Shown: piece after piece, positions 62,554 through 64,000 of the stretch
Layout: the number at the start of each line of letters is the position of its first letter
How positions within the stretch are numbered: position 1 is the first letter of the stretch
Assembly: GCA_014802385.1 (NCBI GenBank)
Contig: JAAVCJ010000025.1
Coordinates: 40,159-104,158 of the forward strand
DNA from: Bacteroides sp.
GTDB lineage: Bacteria; Bacteroidota; Bacteroidia; Bacteroidales; Muribaculaceae
Reading direction: 5' to 3'
Length of the DNA stretch: 64,000 bases
The notes under the pieces: generated by a model
Databases searched by the model: none
Told to the model about the DNA's origin: nothing
What the model saw: the letters and a program-made list of their open reading frames with translations, nothing else
Position numbers and translations under genes: made by a program

Positions 62554-63276
62554 ATGAAAGCAAATAACATCACCATAGAAAACGCGTTACATCTCGCATT
62601 TACACCCGAATACGTTGACGCCTTCGGACTTGCAGAAATTGCAGATGTATGGAACAGCAACCACGACACCCGCGATTTAGATTTGAATCTAAACGCGTAC
62701 GCTGAAAAATGCACCTACAAAATGGAGCAAGACGGGGTAACGCTGGAGTTTGACGCGTGGGATAGATTGACCGCCGAAATAGAACGCTTTGCGGGCGTGT
62801 GGGTTCTTCTTTACTGCAATGAAGTAAGTTGGAACAATCGCCCCGAATGGCTCACAAACAGCGTCCGCAATGCGATAAACAACCCCGATAACACCACCCC
62901 CTCAACATCCGACACCATGAACACCGAGACAAAGACCGTTGAATTTTCCGAACTCTCACACGCTGGGCAGTGTTTAGACATCTATTTACACAACACCGCC
63001 GAAATATACCAGCGTTACACCGTTGAGGCGGTCAAGTTAGTAGTTAACGCGTTCACGAATCAAGGCCCCGTTAAATTGGACGATGCAACCGCGTGGGATA
63101 ACTTGACATTTTGGATCTCGTGGCAGCCGGTAACAAAAAAAGCAGTAACCGCCGCCGTTAAGCTGGTCAAGAAGCACGACCACATGACACCCACCGCAAA
63201 GGACATCGAGCAGGTAACGCGCAATTACACCGCCTATATCGTCGAGAATGCCAAATATGAAGTAGAAAACGCTTAA
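62554..63276 (+). CDS. hypothetical early protein
   Basis: 240-aa acidic ORF. Confidence 0.6.
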   Translation: MKANNITIENALHLAFTPEYVDAFGLAEIADVWNSNHDTRDLDLNLNAYAEKCTYKMEQDGVTLEFDAWDRLTAEIERFAGVWVLLYCNEVSWNNRPEWLTNSVRNAINNPDNTTPSTSDTMNTETKTVEFSELSHAGQCLDIYLHNTAEIYQRYTVEAVKLVVNAFTNQGPVKLDDATAWDNLTFWISWQPVTKKAVTAAVKLVKKHDHMTPTAKDIEQVTRNYTAYIVENAKYEVENA

Positions 63277-63282
63277 CACGAT

Positions 63283-63609
63283 ATGACAATGAAAACGAAA
63301 GTAACACGCAGCGAGATTAAGAGTTATTTTAACACCGTGATAAATTGCGACTACATGACAGGGCAAGAAATTGAGAGCCTTTGCGGCCTATCCCCCGAAT
63401 ATTATAACGCCGGCGGTTGTGGCTGGAACTGGGACGCGTTCGACGTTGATGGCGTGTGTATGGTTTACGGTTATCGCGGTTTTCCCGGTAACAAGTGGGT
63501 GCAATCCACCGAGGGCGCAAAAATAGTCAAGTATTTGCGCAAACTCAAAACGAAACGCGGACGAATTGCCGCCGCTGCAAGGCTGTTAACAAAATACGCC
63601 GGACTATGA
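63283..63609 (+). CDS. hypothetical protein
   Basis: 108-aa ORF. Confidence 0.55.
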   Translation: MTMKTKVTRSEIKSYFNTVINCDYMTGQEIESLCGLSPEYYNAGGCGWNWDAFDVDGVCMVYGYRGFPGNKWVQSTEGAKIVKYLRKLKTKRGRIAAAARLLTKYAGL

Positions 63610-63725
63610 CCCACAAAATAAAAGCCCTCGCGGCAATCGTCGGCGTAATCGTCGGCGCTGCATTGGTCGCATTTGTCAGTATTGAATTTTGGTGGCTTTG
63701 CTATTACTCTGGGCTCCCGATGTGA
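63606..63725 (+). CDS. very small membrane protein (39 aa)
   Basis: ATG at 63606 overlaps the upstream stop. TM segment ALAAIVGVIVGAALVAFV. Confidence 0.35.
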   Translation: MTHKIKALAAIVGVIVGAALVAFVSIEFWWLCYYSGLPM

Positions 63726-63811
63726 ATAACCTAATAACCCCAGCCGCGTTAACCAGGCGCCGACGGATCGAGACCGAGCCGGGGAACAAATAACAATCAA
63801 ATACAAAAGAC

Positions 63812-64000
63812 ATGAACACAACCGAATTAATTAACGCCGTATCGGCACACCTCCACAACATCGTTACACAGTCTTACACCGTTTGCGCCGTCAATCTGAC
63901 CGCGTCAATTGTCAACGCCGGTGCAGCTCTCGGGATCTGCATTTGCGGTGGTGCATACGACCCAGACACACAGACCCGCGTATTATATACTGAACTCCCC
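63812..64000 (+). CDS. hypothetical protein, N-terminal fragment (runs off the window)
   Basis: ATG at 63812 and an open frame to the window end (63 codons). Confidence 0.4.
   Translation, partial: MNTTELINAVSAHLHNIVTQSYTVCAVNLTASIVNAGAALGICICGGAYDPDTQTRVLYTELP

Noticed and set aside
1-64000. Prophage integration module (integrase, excisionase, CI-like repressor, att sites) and stop-codon recoding
   Set aside because: No ORF shows tyrosine- or serine-recombinase motifs. All large genes are intact in the standard code, and neither tRNA is a suppressor. The tRNA-like element's loop is not complementary to a stop codon.

Overview
The window looks like most or all of a roughly 64 kb tailed dsDNA phage genome with siphovirus-type organisation. 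No integrase or repressor is recognisable. The host is probably a Bacteroidota species: TTTG-N19-21-TAnnTTTG promoter boxes, lipoprotein signal peptides, and no Shine-Dalgarno spacing. There are five blocks. (1) 1-13.9 kb, plus strand: recombination, replication and nucleotide metabolism. It holds a PD-(D/E)XK exonuclease, an annealing-protein candidate, a replication organiser, dUTPase, a beta-class DNA methyltransferase, a C5-methyltransferase-like gene split at a G10 tract, an SPFH lipoprotein, tRNA-Ser, and an overlapping NAMPT-like plus PRPP-synthetase-like gene pair. (2) 14-37.1 kb, minus strand: the late operon. It runs scaffold, decoration protein, major capsid, connectors, major tail, chaperone pair, a 1909-aa tape measure, M15 endolysin with a u-spanin-like gene, a 1629-aa tail fibre, then small Cys/Gly-rich proteins. 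(3) 37.1-44.9 kb: tRNA-Met on the minus strand, then plus-strand terminase large subunit, portal and two paralogous fibre/LRR proteins. (4) 45-61.3 kb, minus strand: about 40 small early genes, including RusA, a DnaA-C-like HTH protein, primase/helicase, PAPS-reductase-like protein, a second methyltransferase and a radical SAM protein. (5) A 1 kb AT-rich control region followed by plus-strand early genes. The main candidate system is the NAMPT-like/Prs-like pair, read here as a phage NAD+ reconstitution (NARP1-type) counter-defence module. Other sequence-level observations are a GAGCC-NN-GAGCC leader motif with hairpin/U8 at late operon heads, a 29-bp hairpin repeated three times, a structured non-coding region ending in a tRNA-like element, several sense-strand poly-G tracts, and cassette-like fibre paralogs.
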